Origin: a virus
IMG/VR virus record: IMGVR_UViG_3300009151_003928
Location: 1 to 64,000 of that record
DNA length: 64,000 nt
Strand: one strand, 5' to 3'
The notes below the pieces were generated by a model that made no database searches, was not told the origin of the DNA, and worked only from the letters and a program-made list of their open reading frames with translations. This document shows positions 9,501 to 19,245 of this stretch, in pieces. Numbering within the stretch: position 1 is the first letter of the stretch; each line of letters begins with the position of its first letter. The position numbers and the translations under genes were made by a program.

Positions 9501-9965
9501 ATGAATCAAGAGCAACGAGAACAAGTAGAAAGAATTAAAGATGCGGCACAACGACAAATTTGGGTCACATTTCAAAAGGAAGGCATTCATTGCTATCCAG
9601 CCGCGGCAACTGATCCTAACTTGGCAACGGGTGACGAATATGATGTTAGTTTTCTTGGTACTCCTCACCGTCATATCTTTCATTTCAGGGTGTCAATCGA
9701 TGTGTTCCATAATGACAGAGACATCGAGTTCATCCAGTTCAAACGCTGGCTTGAAAACTTATACTCTGGGACCGGTCCCTTTAATGAAAATCGAGTTCTA
9801 GAATTAAACTATAAGAGTTGCGAAATGATCGCAGACGACTTGTACATACAAATTGCCGCACGTTATCCCAATCGTGCTGTAACCATTGAAGTATCCGAGG
9901 ACGGTGAAAACGGATGCGTCATTAATTACAACCTTACCCGTCCAACACAATCAATCGTAATTTAA
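9501..9965 (+). CDS. dpdL: T-fold QueD paralog, DpdL-like (putative 7-carboxy-7-deazaguanine decarboxylase)
   Basis: LGTPHRHIF matches LxxxHRHxF; PTPS-like C-terminus SCEMIA...IEVSEDGENG; lacks the QueD CxxxHGH motif. Confidence 0.65.
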   Translation: MNQEQREQVERIKDAAQRQIWVTFQKEGIHCYPAAATDPNLATGDEYDVSFLGTPHRHIFHFRVSIDVFHNDRDIEFIQFKRWLENLYSGTGPFNENRVLELNYKSCEMIADDLYIQIAARYPNRAVTIEVSEDGENGCVINYNLTRPTQSIVI

Positions 9966-9975
9966 AGGAAATATC

Positions 9976-10248
9976 ATGGCCAAACCAGAATGGCTCGCTA
10001 AGTATCTTCGCATGAAACCCGAAGTAACTACAATTTTTGAAGACCTAGAAGTCTACGAACAGTTCTGCAAAGACTACGGTTACCCGTACGACGAGAAGCA
10101 CTTGTATAACGAACGTACTCCGTATGGTGAGTATATCAAGATGACTAAGGGTCGTGAACCATGGGATCAATGGCGTACTCCCAAGCGTGAACGCAAGGAC
10201 TTTAAGCCACGTGATACCAATTGGAAACCAAGGCAGTGGCAACAATGA
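9976..10248 (+). CDS. Hypothetical phage protein
   Basis: ORF with SD AAGGA. Confidence 0.7.
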   Translation: MAKPEWLAKYLRMKPEVTTIFEDLEVYEQFCKDYGYPYDEKHLYNERTPYGEYIKMTKGREPWDQWRTPKRERKDFKPRDTNWKPRQWQQ

Positions 10249-10586
10249 AACTAGCACCGCAACAACCAGCTGAAGGTATTTTAAAACACGGCGATTGGGG
10301 AGATAGCAAGATGTACAATGTACCATGTACTTGTTGTGGTAGCGACTGCGAGCATACTGTATGGGTAGAAGCAGAGGATACCGGAGTTACTGTTACTACC
10401 TACACCAAGCAAAAGTCCAATTGGTGGTCGTTGAATCGCTTCCAACTTGTTTGGACTCTGCTCACTCGAGGTTATGTTGAGTACGAGGCCAGTATTGTTA
10501 TGACCAAACAGCAGGCCCTTAACTATGCAACAGTATTAAACTCTGCTATTAAGGATGTGGAAGAATTTAAAAAGAAAAATGTATAA
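10245..10586 (+). CDS. Hypothetical protein with CxCC..C..H metal-binding motif
   Basis: ATG 10245 is coupled to the upstream stop; PCTCCGSDCEH. Confidence 0.65.
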   Translation: MKLAPQQPAEGILKHGDWGDSKMYNVPCTCCGSDCEHTVWVEAEDTGVTVTTYTKQKSNWWSLNRFQLVWTLLTRGYVEYEASIVMTKQQALNYATVLNSAIKDVEEFKKKNV

Positions 10587-10728
10587 ACTAAGATATTATA
10601 TGTCAGGCGGTACGCTAGTGTCTAAATACTTTAAGACGCTACACGATGCTACTGTATTTTCTATATATCAAATAGTGGCTGGCAATATATATTCACTTGA
10701 CAAGGTAAAAAATGACAAACCCGTTTAG
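10579..10728 (+). CDS. Small hypothetical protein (49 aa, MYKLRYYMSGG...)
   Basis: Fills the gap between neighbours with overlaps; below the ORF-track cutoff. Confidence 0.45.
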   Translation: MYKLRYYMSGGTLVSKYFKTLHDATVFSIYQIVAGNIYSLDKVKNDKPV

Positions 10729-11083
10729 AGATCAAGAAAAATTTATGAAGTCGTGTGATCAAAGTACTGACTCATATAACAAGTCACAATTTAAATTATA
10801 TACAGATTTGATCGAAGAAGAAGTTAATGAATTGTTTTGTGCAGTACGTGACAATGATGATGTAGAACAATTAGATGCACTAGTTGATATTTTAGTTGTT
10901 ACTATTGGTGCTATTCATAGCGCCGGGTGGGATGCCGAGGGTGCGTGGAAAGAAGTTATGATGACCAATTTTGCTAAAATTGATCGAGAAACCGGCAAGG
11001 TTCGTAAGCGTGAAGATGGCAAGGTATTAAAGCCTACTGGTTGGGAACCACCCGATCTAAGACCGTTTTTAAAGAAAGATTAA
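10712..11083 (+). CDS. All-alpha NTP pyrophosphohydrolase (MazG/PRA-PH-like)
   Basis: LIEEEVNEL...LDALVDILVV...NFAK...REDGKVLKPTGW. Confidence 0.85.
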   Translation: MTNPFRDQEKFMKSCDQSTDSYNKSQFKLYTDLIEEEVNELFCAVRDNDDVEQLDALVDILVVTIGAIHSAGWDAEGAWKEVMMTNFAKIDRETGKVRKREDGKVLKPTGWEPPDLRPFLKKD

Positions 11084-11084
11084 C

Positions 11085-12275
11085 ATGAGAAAATTATGGT
11101 ACATGGGCCTAGAGCCCTACAAAGCAAGATATACACTACAGTTGCAAGACTGGAACGAAGCAGTCTTTGAACGCCGTGGTATTGACTACGAACTGGTCAC
11201 TGGCGAAACACTCAGCAACGATCAAGCTATTGTTACAGGGCAAGTGCTAGATGCACATGGACGTACTTACTTTGGTATGAGTCAGCTGATGAATCTTGTA
11301 CGCAAGATGAAACAAGGAGAAGTTACAAATGAAGATGTTATCTACTTTGAAGACATGTTTCAACCCGGTATTGAGAGCTTGCCTTATATTATGGATCAAA
11401 TCGATCCTGCTCATCGTCCTCGCATTGCCGTTCGTTGTCTTGCTCAAAGTATTGATCCCGATGACTTTGTACATGTCTGGGGTATGCAAAAGTGGATGGG
11501 CTTGTATGAAAAGATGGTTGACTCATTTGCGGATATCACACTAGCTAGTAATGAAGAAATGGCCATGCATATGAAGATTGCTGGTTGGGAAAGTCCAATT
11601 TATAACATTAGCGGACTAGCATTTGGTAAAGCAGAAGTTCGTGATCGTGTACCCGGTGAACTAAAGCCATTTCAGGATCGTAAACGTCGTGTGGGCTTTG
11701 CCGCACGGTGGGATCAAGAAAAGCAACCCGACTTCTACATGGACTTGATTGAAGCATGGCACGTCAAGCATAAAGATAATTTTCCAATGAATCAAGTTGA
11801 GTTTTGCATTTTTAGTGGTGCTAAACTTAAATCAAATAATGATAGTTACATGGCTCGTACTAGAGATATGCAAGAGCGTGGGCTATTAACAATTTATGAG
11901 GATTTATCTAAAAATGAATACTATAATTTACTTAACGATACTCGTGTGTTATTTAATTGTGCTTTACAAGATTGGGTATCTAACACGGTATCAGAAGCCG
12001 ATACTCTTGGTTGTAATGTGCTATATCCTGCTTATAGGTCTTTCCCTGAGACCTTTGCCAACGATGCTAGTAGGTTATATGTACCTTGGTCAATTGACGA
12101 CGCTATGATTAAACTATGGGGCTTATTGCAAGCACCAAATGCAAATATGGGTAAAATTAGTAACTGGACAGACGGTACTATAGATAGAATTGTAGACATC
12201 CTTGAAGGCAAGGGTGAGCAATGGAAGCGTATGGATACGGATTATCGTAAACATACACATGAATCAAAATATTAA
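11085..12275 (+). CDS. GT-B fold glycosyltransferase
   Basis: FAARWDQEKQPDF, EYYNLL, NTVSEA, YRSFPE resemble a GT4-type C-terminal domain. Confidence 0.7.
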   Translation: MRKLWYMGLEPYKARYTLQLQDWNEAVFERRGIDYELVTGETLSNDQAIVTGQVLDAHGRTYFGMSQLMNLVRKMKQGEVTNEDVIYFEDMFQPGIESLPYIMDQIDPAHRPRIAVRCLAQSIDPDDFVHVWGMQKWMGLYEKMVDSFADITLASNEEMAMHMKIAGWESPIYNISGLAFGKAEVRDRVPGELKPFQDRKRRVGFAARWDQEKQPDFYMDLIEAWHVKHKDNFPMNQVEFCIFSGAKLKSNNDSYMARTRDMQERGLLTIYEDLSKNEYYNLLNDTRVLFNCALQDWVSNTVSEADTLGCNVLYPAYRSFPETFANDASRLYVPWSIDDAMIKLWGLLQAPNANMGKISNWTDGTIDRIVDILEGKGEQWKRMDTDYRKHTHESKY

Positions 12276-12287
12276 AAAGGAATTAAA

Positions 12288-12476
12288 ATGTCAGCACATA
12301 CGGAAATTAAAACAGCACTAGAAGCATACGAAGCAGAACACGCAAAATTTGAAGGTGGTAATAGTGCCGCAGGAACTCGTGCTCGCAAAGCATTAGCAGA
12401 ACTAGGTAAAGCAGTTAAGGCTCGCCGTAACGAAATTACTGAAACTAAGAACGCTCGTAAAGAAGCAAAGGCTTAA
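12288..12476 (+). CDS. Histone H1-like (Hc1-type) small basic protein
   Basis: FEGGNSAAGTRARKALAEL...RRNEI motif. Confidence 0.75.
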   Translation: MSAHTEIKTALEAYEAEHAKFEGGNSAAGTRARKALAELGKAVKARRNEITETKNARKEAKA

Positions 12477-12483
12477 TTTATTA

Positions 12484-12729
12484 ATGGAATACATTCTTTT
12501 ACTGGTTGCTGGAGTATTGTCCTTTATTGCAGGACGTACTTCAGCACCTCTAAGAGAAGTTGAAGTACCAGATTTATCTGAAAAAGAACGGCAACAATGT
12601 CAATACATATCAACGCTAAATCAAACATTATTGTCGGAAGTTCAACAATACCGAAACATGGAAAAGAATCTCAGGGAGGAGATATGGCAACTAAAGCAGA
12701 AACTAAAGAAATTACAGCCGAAGATCTAG
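12484..12729 (+). CDS. Membrane-anchored coiled-coil hypothetical protein
   Basis: N-terminal hydrophobic helix, C-terminal heptads. Confidence 0.55.
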   Translation: MEYILLLVAGVLSFIAGRTSAPLREVEVPDLSEKERQQCQYISTLNQTLLSEVQQYRNMEKNLREEIWQLKQKLKKLQPKI

Positions 12730-13883
12730 TAGCTGTACTTAAATTTACACCACGCACATACAAGATTAGTATGTGGGGTTATGGTGGCGAAAAGGTTATG
12801 GGTACCGTAGACCGTGAAGTATGGGATTACTGTATGGATAACCAAGTTGACCTTTCTGAAATTGCATGGAGCGACGAAGATACTGTTCAAGATGAAATGG
12901 ATCTTGACATTGATATGTTGCCGTTTCCGCCAGGTAGTTGGTATGAATGTGATGATATGGCACATACCAGCGGTGTTAGCCGTAGTGCTGGTACACTACA
13001 GATTGAAGATGAAAACGGTAAAGTGGTATTTGAAAAGAGATTAGAAGATTGCGATGGTGGCAGTGAAGATAGTCCAGTGTGGAGTTGCAACGACGAAGCC
13101 TGGATCGGTAGCAAGCCAGACGGTACTGTAGTGTTTATCGGTAGCAGTAATGAAAAAGGTACATTCTTCGAAGGCGAAATAGAACTCCGTGAGCCATTTG
13201 ACATTGAAAAGTTAGAACTGCATTACGATGAAATTGACGGTGAAGAACTGGTCAATGGTGTTGTGTATGATGGCGAAGACATTGATAATTTTGGTGGTAG
13301 TACAGATGGCAAGAGCAGTGACTTTGGAATGTATCTTGTAAAAGATAGCAATTCGTGGGACACTTATAGCCCAGAAGAAAAAGACTGGGGTCATCCTGAA
13401 TATGGTACCAGTCCTAGTACTTGGGAAAAGTCTGAGACATTTAAGTTTAAGAAAGTTAAACCCACTATTGTTGGCTACTACAGTTGCACGTGGCGACACT
13501 TTGGTACAACTTACGGTTCAGCATACTGGGATGGCACACAATTTGGTGAGTGGGAATACGGACAGTTTAAACCAATCACCGGAGAGATTGTTACTTGGTC
13601 AGGTTATAATTGGGACACCGGTTCGTGGGTTAATCAACCGCCGGAACCAGCGGATGCACAATGTGATAAGAAAACTTGTGGCTGGACAGGCATGCGTGAT
13701 CAAATGCGTGAAGATGATGACTACAATAGCCATTGTCCCGAATGCGATGGTACAGAGTTTACCTGGATTGATTACGATCCAGACTCTGCAAAGGGTCGTG
13801 CTAACCGTAAGAAGTATTGTAAACCGTGGGATCCAGTGGAGTCTTTAGAAAAGATTATCAAAGAGTTCCCTGTAACAGAATAA
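12684..13883 (+). CDS. Acidic Trp-rich hypothetical protein with C-terminal Zn-ribbon-like motif
   Basis: Start reassigned to ATG 12684 (SD GGAGGA); CDKKTC...CPEC. Confidence 0.7.
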   Translation: MATKAETKEITAEDLVAVLKFTPRTYKISMWGYGGEKVMGTVDREVWDYCMDNQVDLSEIAWSDEDTVQDEMDLDIDMLPFPPGSWYECDDMAHTSGVSRSAGTLQIEDENGKVVFEKRLEDCDGGSEDSPVWSCNDEAWIGSKPDGTVVFIGSSNEKGTFFEGEIELREPFDIEKLELHYDEIDGEELVNGVVYDGEDIDNFGGSTDGKSSDFGMYLVKDSNSWDTYSPEEKDWGHPEYGTSPSTWEKSETFKFKKVKPTIVGYYSCTWRHFGTTYGSAYWDGTQFGEWEYGQFKPITGEIVTWSGYNWDTGSWVNQPPEPADAQCDKKTCGWTGMRDQMREDDDYNSHCPECDGTEFTWIDYDPDSAKGRANRKKYCKPWDPVESLEKIIKEFPVTE

Positions 13884-13905
13884 ATTTAATTCAAGGAGAC
13901 ATAAA

Positions 13906-14601
13906 ATGTTTGGTTCAAATTATATGAGTAACGGTATTTTAAATTATCGTTCAGCAGAAGAAATCAATAGTGCCATGGGTCGTGTTTACGGACATATGAG
14001 TCTAGCAGTTGTAGTATCAATGATGATTAGTTACTTGGTAGGTACCAGTCCAGAGTTGTTGCAATTCTTTTTCACTGGTGTACTAAAGTGGATTGTAATC
14101 TTTGCACCACTTGCGGCAATATTTGGTGTTGGTTATGTATTGGGCAATAATCCCAGCAAAGGTGTAGCACAGTTATGCCTACATGGCTTTGCGGCATTGA
14201 TGGGCCTGAGCTTTGCCACTATCTTTGCTGTGTTTGCCATGGGGTCAATTGTGTCATCGTTTATGGGTGCGGCTATCTTGTTTGGTGTCATGAGCGGATA
14301 TGGTTACTTTACCAAACAAAGCCTAGATAGCATGGGCAAGTTTATGATTGTTGGCCTAATTGCTATTGTTATTGCCAGCATCGTTAATATCTTTATCGGC
14401 TCAACTGTGATGCAAATGGTTATTAGTGCCCTAGCTATCGTTATCTTTTTGGGATTGACTGCGTATGACACACAAAAGATTCGTGAAGAACTCAGTGTGG
14501 ATACTAGCCCTGCCGCAGAAGTTAGCGGTGCATTGACTTTATATATGGATTTTATTAATTTGTTTTTGAACTTACTACAACTTTTTGGAGATAGGAAATA
14601 A
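13906..14601 (+). CDS. Bax inhibitor-1/YccA family membrane protein
   Basis: About 7 TM segments; TAYDTQKI and ALTLYMDFINLFLNLL signatures. Confidence 0.93.
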   Translation: MFGSNYMSNGILNYRSAEEINSAMGRVYGHMSLAVVVSMMISYLVGTSPELLQFFFTGVLKWIVIFAPLAAIFGVGYVLGNNPSKGVAQLCLHGFAALMGLSFATIFAVFAMGSIVSSFMGAAILFGVMSGYGYFTKQSLDSMGKFMIVGLIAIVIASIVNIFIGSTVMQMVISALAIVIFLGLTAYDTQKIREELSVDTSPAAEVSGALTLYMDFINLFLNLLQLFGDRK

Positions 14602-14603
14602 TT

Positions 14604-15137
14604 ATGACTTGGAATGTACCCAACGTGAATTTTGCCTTTAGACAAGGCGATCTAGCACCAGCAGAGGGAGGTTGCCCGATTGGTGGCGAGTTTGTATTTA
14701 AAACCACAGCAGACTTGTTTGCCAACAAGCGTGTGATCTTATTCAGCTTGCCAGGAGCATTTACTCCTACCTGCTCAACGTATCAATTACCTGGCTTTGA
14801 AGAACAGTTTGCTGATTTTCAAGCACAAGGCATTGATGAAATTTATTGCGTTAGCGTCAATGATGCCTTTGTCATGAACGAATGGGCTCGCCATCTTAAC
14901 ATTAAGAATGTTCGAGTTATCCCGGACGGCACAGGACACTTTACTCGATTGATGGGTATGTTGGTCAACAAAGACGCAATTGGCTTCGGCTATCGTAGTC
15001 ATCGTTATGCGGCCATTGTCAACGACTGTGTAATAGAAAAACTGTTTGAAGAACCCGGTCGTGAAGATAACTTTGCCAGTGATCCGTACGGAGAATCAAG
15101 TCCTGAAAATGTAATGAGATACCTGAATAAAATCTAA
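14604..15137 (+). CDS. Peroxiredoxin (Prx5/redoxin type)
   Basis: LPGAFTPTCS, SVNDAFVM, RSHRYA. Confidence 0.93.
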   Translation: MTWNVPNVNFAFRQGDLAPAEGGCPIGGEFVFKTTADLFANKRVILFSLPGAFTPTCSTYQLPGFEEQFADFQAQGIDEIYCVSVNDAFVMNEWARHLNIKNVRVIPDGTGHFTRLMGMLVNKDAIGFGYRSHRYAAIVNDCVIEKLFEEPGREDNFASDPYGESSPENVMRYLNKI

Positions 15138-15350
15138 ATGACAACATTTACTACCGAAGATAGAGTGAACTCAATACCGCAATGCGGTTGTGGTAAGACA
15201 CTACATCCTCCATACTGTGATGGTAGTCATGGGCGCAATGAACAACAGTACCAAGAATGGCGAGATAAAATAGAATTAGAAAATTATCGCAAAGAAGCCA
15301 TGGGTTTATGGTTTGATGGGGGTAGCTGTACAGGCGGCAAACCAGAGTGA
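15138..15350 (+). CDS. CDGSH iron-sulfur domain protein
   Basis: CGCGKTLHPPYCDGSH. Confidence 0.88.
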   Translation: MTTFTTEDRVNSIPQCGCGKTLHPPYCDGSHGRNEQQYQEWRDKIELENYRKEAMGLWFDGGSCTGGKPE

Positions 15351-15443
15351 GTTTAAATCTAAAAATTGCTTGCTTAATAGGTGGATTCTATGCTATACTG
15401 TTATTAATATCGTGGATAGTGCATGAAGCAACTAAAAAATATA

Positions 15444-16427
15444 ATGAATAAAGTTATTGTAACAGGTGGATGCGGCTACATTGGTAGCCATGTCGCACGA
15501 GCTTTCAAACAAAACGGTGACGAAGTTCTTGTCATTGATCGTGTATTGCGATTACATACTCTAAAGGATGTTGATGGATATCACATTGGCGACTTTGCAG
15601 ACGATGCTAGTCTTGCGGCAATTTATAACTATAATCCTGATATTATTGTGCATTGTGCTGGCACTAGTCTTGTTGGTCCTAGCATGGAAGATCCTGGCGA
15701 ATATTACGACAACAATATTAGCAAGACTATAAAGATGCTAAACTTTGTAAAAGGTTTTGGTAAGAAACCTGTTATCATGTTTAGTTCAAGTGCTAGTGTA
15801 TATGGCGAACCGGACTGCTTGCCTATCAAAGAATATGATGATATCAAGCCTATTAGTCCCTACGGCAATACCAAGGCAATGACAGAAACTATACTACAAG
15901 ATTTCTGGGGTGCGTATGCGTTGCCTAGTATGACATTTAGATATTTTAATGCGGCAGGTGCTGAACCCAATGATTTTGATCTTGGGCAAGAACCAGAAGC
16001 TACTCATATTGTTGCTCGTGTATTAGAGGCCGCTATAGCAGGTCGTGCTGTTACTATCAATGGTTGCGATTTTGACACTGAAGATGGTACGTGTATTCGT
16101 GACTACATTCATGTATGGGATATTGCAAGAGCACACGTTATGGGTGCAGAGTACATGCTAGGCAAGGATGCTATACACCACATAGGGCGCCATGTTTTTA
16201 ATCTAGGAACTAACAAGGGTGTAAGCAATAAGGAAATAGTAGATTACGTGGTTAAAAAATACGGTATTCCGTTTGTTAATTATGGACCAAAACGGCTAGG
16301 TGATCCTGCAGAGCTTATAGCAGATGCAGGAGAGGCAAATGAAAAATTAAAATGGACACCCGAGTATAGCACGATAAATACTATTATAGATTCTGCATAC
16401 AAATGGTATTGCAGTCAAAGAAAATGA
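15444..16427 (+). CDS. galE: UDP-glucose 4-epimerase
   Basis: TGGCGYIGSH, SSSASVYG, YGNTK, RYFNAAGA, DGTCIRDYIHV; alternative start at 15423. Confidence 0.9.
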   Translation: MNKVIVTGGCGYIGSHVARAFKQNGDEVLVIDRVLRLHTLKDVDGYHIGDFADDASLAAIYNYNPDIIVHCAGTSLVGPSMEDPGEYYDNNISKTIKMLNFVKGFGKKPVIMFSSSASVYGEPDCLPIKEYDDIKPISPYGNTKAMTETILQDFWGAYALPSMTFRYFNAAGAEPNDFDLGQEPEATHIVARVLEAAIAGRAVTINGCDFDTEDGTCIRDYIHVWDIARAHVMGAEYMLGKDAIHHIGRHVFNLGTNKGVSNKEIVDYVVKKYGIPFVNYGPKRLGDPAELIADAGEANEKLKWTPEYSTINTIIDSAYKWYCSQRK

Positions 16428-16753
16428 TAATCGATATTCTACCACCGGATACACATCTGGTTACTCTTGAAGAAACCCTTAATAAGGTGGGTTGGCCAGA
16501 TCCGGTTAAACTCACCACGCTTAAAAAGAACAAACTTACAATCGTAGATCTGACACAAGAACCACACGATGCCGAGTATGTAGAATGGCTTCACGAATGT
16601 CTATTAGAATGTCATTTAAAATTTATATTACTAAGTCCAAATCCAGAAGATCATTTAGTCAACGACCGTACTGTGTTTTATGCACCAGATCAATCAGACT
16701 ATAATGAAAAGTATCTCCCAGATCTTAAACGATGTATAGATACGCTGAGCTAG
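16424..16753 (+). CDS. Hypothetical protein
   Basis: ATGA coupling to galE. Confidence 0.55.
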   Translation: MIIDILPPDTHLVTLEETLNKVGWPDPVKLTTLKKNKLTIVDLTQEPHDAEYVEWLHECLLECHLKFILLSPNPEDHLVNDRTVFYAPDQSDYNEKYLPDLKRCIDTLS

Positions 16754-17760
16754 TACACTGGATGAGCAATCAGGACAATATGAAAATATTGCCTGCACAA
16801 GTAGATATTGATTTAACCAACGTTTGTAATCAAGACTGCTATTACTGCAACTCAGCAGACTTCAGAGCAGAAAAACCCGTACAAAAGAAATACACCGAGT
16901 ATATTGCCTTACTAGATAAATTATCTAGTTGGAGAGCGCATACTCCAAACAGCTACGGCACAACACATACTATTACGTACCCCGGTGGAGGAGAACCTAC
17001 TGTGTTAGTAAACTACGAACAAGTAATTGAACATACAATAGACTTAGGATTCCTGACCAGCATTACTACAAATGGTAGTAATTTAGATAGACTACTAGAC
17101 ACCGTACACGTAGACAAACTACGTAAAATTGCCTGGATTGGTATTGACATTGATGCTGGCACAGAAACATTGTACGAAGAAATACGTCGTAGTTTAACTG
17201 CTAAAAGTTTGTTTACTAAAGTCAAAGACAATGCACGTGGATTAATTGAGGCAGGAGTTAATGTAGATTTTAAAGCATTAATTAATCCTTTAAACGATAC
17301 TCCCGAAGCAATGAATGATTTATTTAAGTTAGTTGCGGAACTAGGTGGACGTATGCTTTACTTCCGCCCTGTTATACTCGACAATCAAGCATACCCCATC
17401 ACCGAACAGACTATTGCTCGGCTAGAAAAGTGTAGCCAAGAGTACAAGTTACCGTATTGGGCCAATCAAAACAAAACATTGCCACGTAACTATAAGAAAT
17501 GCCACCAGATGTTTCACTTTCCTGTGTTCTGCGCCGATGGAAAGATCTATATTTGTTGCGAAGGCAAAGGCAATCCGCAATTTGAATTAACCAATTGGGA
17601 TCAAGGTGATTTCCGAGATCAGTGGCTTAACGAACGCCACTATGATATATACAATAAAACTCGTGTAGAATTTTGTGCTCCATGTCGTCCTAATATTAGT
17701 AATATTAATATACAAAATATATTAAATAACCCTAAACAAATAGAAACATTATACCTATGA
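16732..17760 (+). CDS. Radical SAM protein with C-terminal SPASM/twitch domain
   Basis: CNQDCYYC, GGGEPT; C-terminal C...ADGKIYICC...CAPC. Confidence 0.9.
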   Translation: MYRYAELVHWMSNQDNMKILPAQVDIDLTNVCNQDCYYCNSADFRAEKPVQKKYTEYIALLDKLSSWRAHTPNSYGTTHTITYPGGGEPTVLVNYEQVIEHTIDLGFLTSITTNGSNLDRLLDTVHVDKLRKIAWIGIDIDAGTETLYEEIRRSLTAKSLFTKVKDNARGLIEAGVNVDFKALINPLNDTPEAMNDLFKLVAELGGRMLYFRPVILDNQAYPITEQTIARLEKCSQEYKLPYWANQNKTLPRNYKKCHQMFHFPVFCADGKIYICCEGKGNPQFELTNWDQGDFRDQWLNERHYDIYNKTRVEFCAPCRPNISNINIQNILNNPKQIETLYL

Positions 17761-18119
17761 ACATTACATTTCCTATTATTGAATTAATTGATCGCTTGGC
17801 CATTGCTGATGTTAAATTTAAACGTACCAAAGGTGCAAATGACGAAGAACTCACTTGGTATATGAATCAAGCACTACCTTACGATTTAACAGAAGTAGAA
17901 GATTTATATACAAATCTTGTTGCTATACATAATCAGATATGGGATTTAGAATCGGAATTAAAAACAGGACGTGAAGCCGAACTGCCTCTAGAAGAAATTG
18001 GACGTAGGGCTATTTCTATACGTGATTGGAACAACCAACGCATTCGTGTTAAGAACGCTATTGCCGAACGGTTAGAATGTCCTGTGAGAGAAATTAAACA
18101 AGATCATTTGAGTGCTTAA
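17757..18119 (+). CDS. Helical hypothetical protein (DUF6165-like)
   Basis: ELIDRLAIADVK...IWDLE...NNQRIRVKNAI...EIK pattern. Confidence 0.6.
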   Translation: MNITFPIIELIDRLAIADVKFKRTKGANDEELTWYMNQALPYDLTEVEDLYTNLVAIHNQIWDLESELKTGREAELPLEEIGRRAISIRDWNNQRIRVKNAIAERLECPVREIKQDHLSA

Positions 18120-19195
18120 AATTTAGAATCTAACCAAGTACGAGATACTTTGCCACTTGGACTAACTGGAATTGAATCAACACACTCTAATACCATCGGT
18201 TTACATTGCGGACCTAGGCCGATTAAGTAACGTCGTATTTCTTCAGGGTCACAGGTACCCACGTACAAACATTTAACAGCATCATTTCCAAATATTACGC
18301 AATCTGCTAACCCGGGAATATGATTTAGCAACTGTGTTTCCAAACTGATAGGGTTTAGTTTTTTACCTTTAACATTAATTTGATCACGATGTCGTCCAAG
18401 TAATTTATAGTATCCAGCTTCGTCTTGTTCTGCTAAATCTCCAGTATTATACCAATCATCAGTGAACACAGTTGATCCTTTAATATACAACTGCCCGTCT
18501 ACTATATCAGCTTCTATACCATCAGGTAACCCAATGGTTCCCATTCTACGTTGTCCATTCAATGGATTAGTAAAACAGTGGCTAAGTGCTTCTGTCATTC
18601 CAAACGCTTCAATGATCGGAACATTAAATTTATGTTTCAGTTCTGTAAATAGCGTATCAGGTAAGGCCGCACTGGCACCACGTATAAAACGTAAATGATC
18701 AAATTTAAGTTGGCTGACCACTCTGAGTACATCGGGTACAGCAGTAATAAACGTAGGAGAATGCTTAGCCATTGTGCGAATATCTTTTACAGGAACATAG
18801 GTAGTTTCGCAACCAGCAAATTGGGTGGCCCAGTAAAAGCCTTGGCCATGGGCATGCCATAAACTCATTATGCTTACATAACGATCGTTAGCAGTTATGT
18901 TATATGTGCTACAAATCTTTTGAGCCAGTATATCTATTTGTGATTGGCTAAAACTACAAAATTTACTATCGCCTGTAGTTCCAGAAGTGTACCAAAGCAC
19001 ACGTTCATTTGGATAGTCTCCGCCATTGCGTAGTTGGTCGCCGTCTTTGGTTATTAGTAAACTATAATCTGATTTGGCCAATAGGTATTCGTTTCGGCTA
19101 ACAGCCGCATCGGGGTTAATAACCATAATGCTGTAGTTGGTCAGTTGAGGAATATAATCTTGTGGGTTAGTTACACACAGCACAGCACGTTTCAT
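18116..19195 (-). CDS. AMP-dependent synthetase/ligase (acyl-adenylate forming), compact
   Basis: YTSGTTGDSK, EAFGMTE, WYNTGDL, GRHRDQINVKG, SGKV. Confidence 0.9.
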   Translation of the reverse strand: MKRAVLCVTNPQDYIPQLTNYSIMVINPDAAVSRNEYLLAKSDYSLLITKDGDQLRNGGDYPNERVLWYTSGTTGDSKFCSFSQSQIDILAQKICSTYNITANDRYVSIMSLWHAHGQGFYWATQFAGCETTYVPVKDIRTMAKHSPTFITAVPDVLRVVSQLKFDHLRFIRGASAALPDTLFTELKHKFNVPIIEAFGMTEALSHCFTNPLNGQRRMGTIGLPDGIEADIVDGQLYIKGSTVFTDDWYNTGDLAEQDEAGYYKLLGRHRDQINVKGKKLNPISLETQLLNHIPGLADCVIFGNDAVKCLYVGTCDPEEIRRYLIGLGPQCKPMVLECVDSIPVSPSGKVSRTWLDSKF

Positions 19196-19211
19196 TTTGA
19201 GTACCAAGTAG

Positions 19212-19240
19212 TTGATTTTATTCTGTATTTATAGTATAAT
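19212..19240. promoter_or_regulatory. Bidirectional promoter: sigma70-type on +, T4-late-type TATAAATA on -
   Basis: + strand TTGATT(19212-17)-17-TATAAT(19235-40); - strand TATAAATA is the complement of TATTTATA 19226-19233. Confidence 0.6.
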
Positions 19241-19245
19241 ATTAC

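Noticed and set aside
9501-9965. Second bona fide QueD or a QueF-like reductase
   Set aside because: It lacks the CxxxHG motif of QueD and the catalytic Cys/ExK(S/A)xK motif of QueF; the LxxxHRHxF motif fits DpdL better
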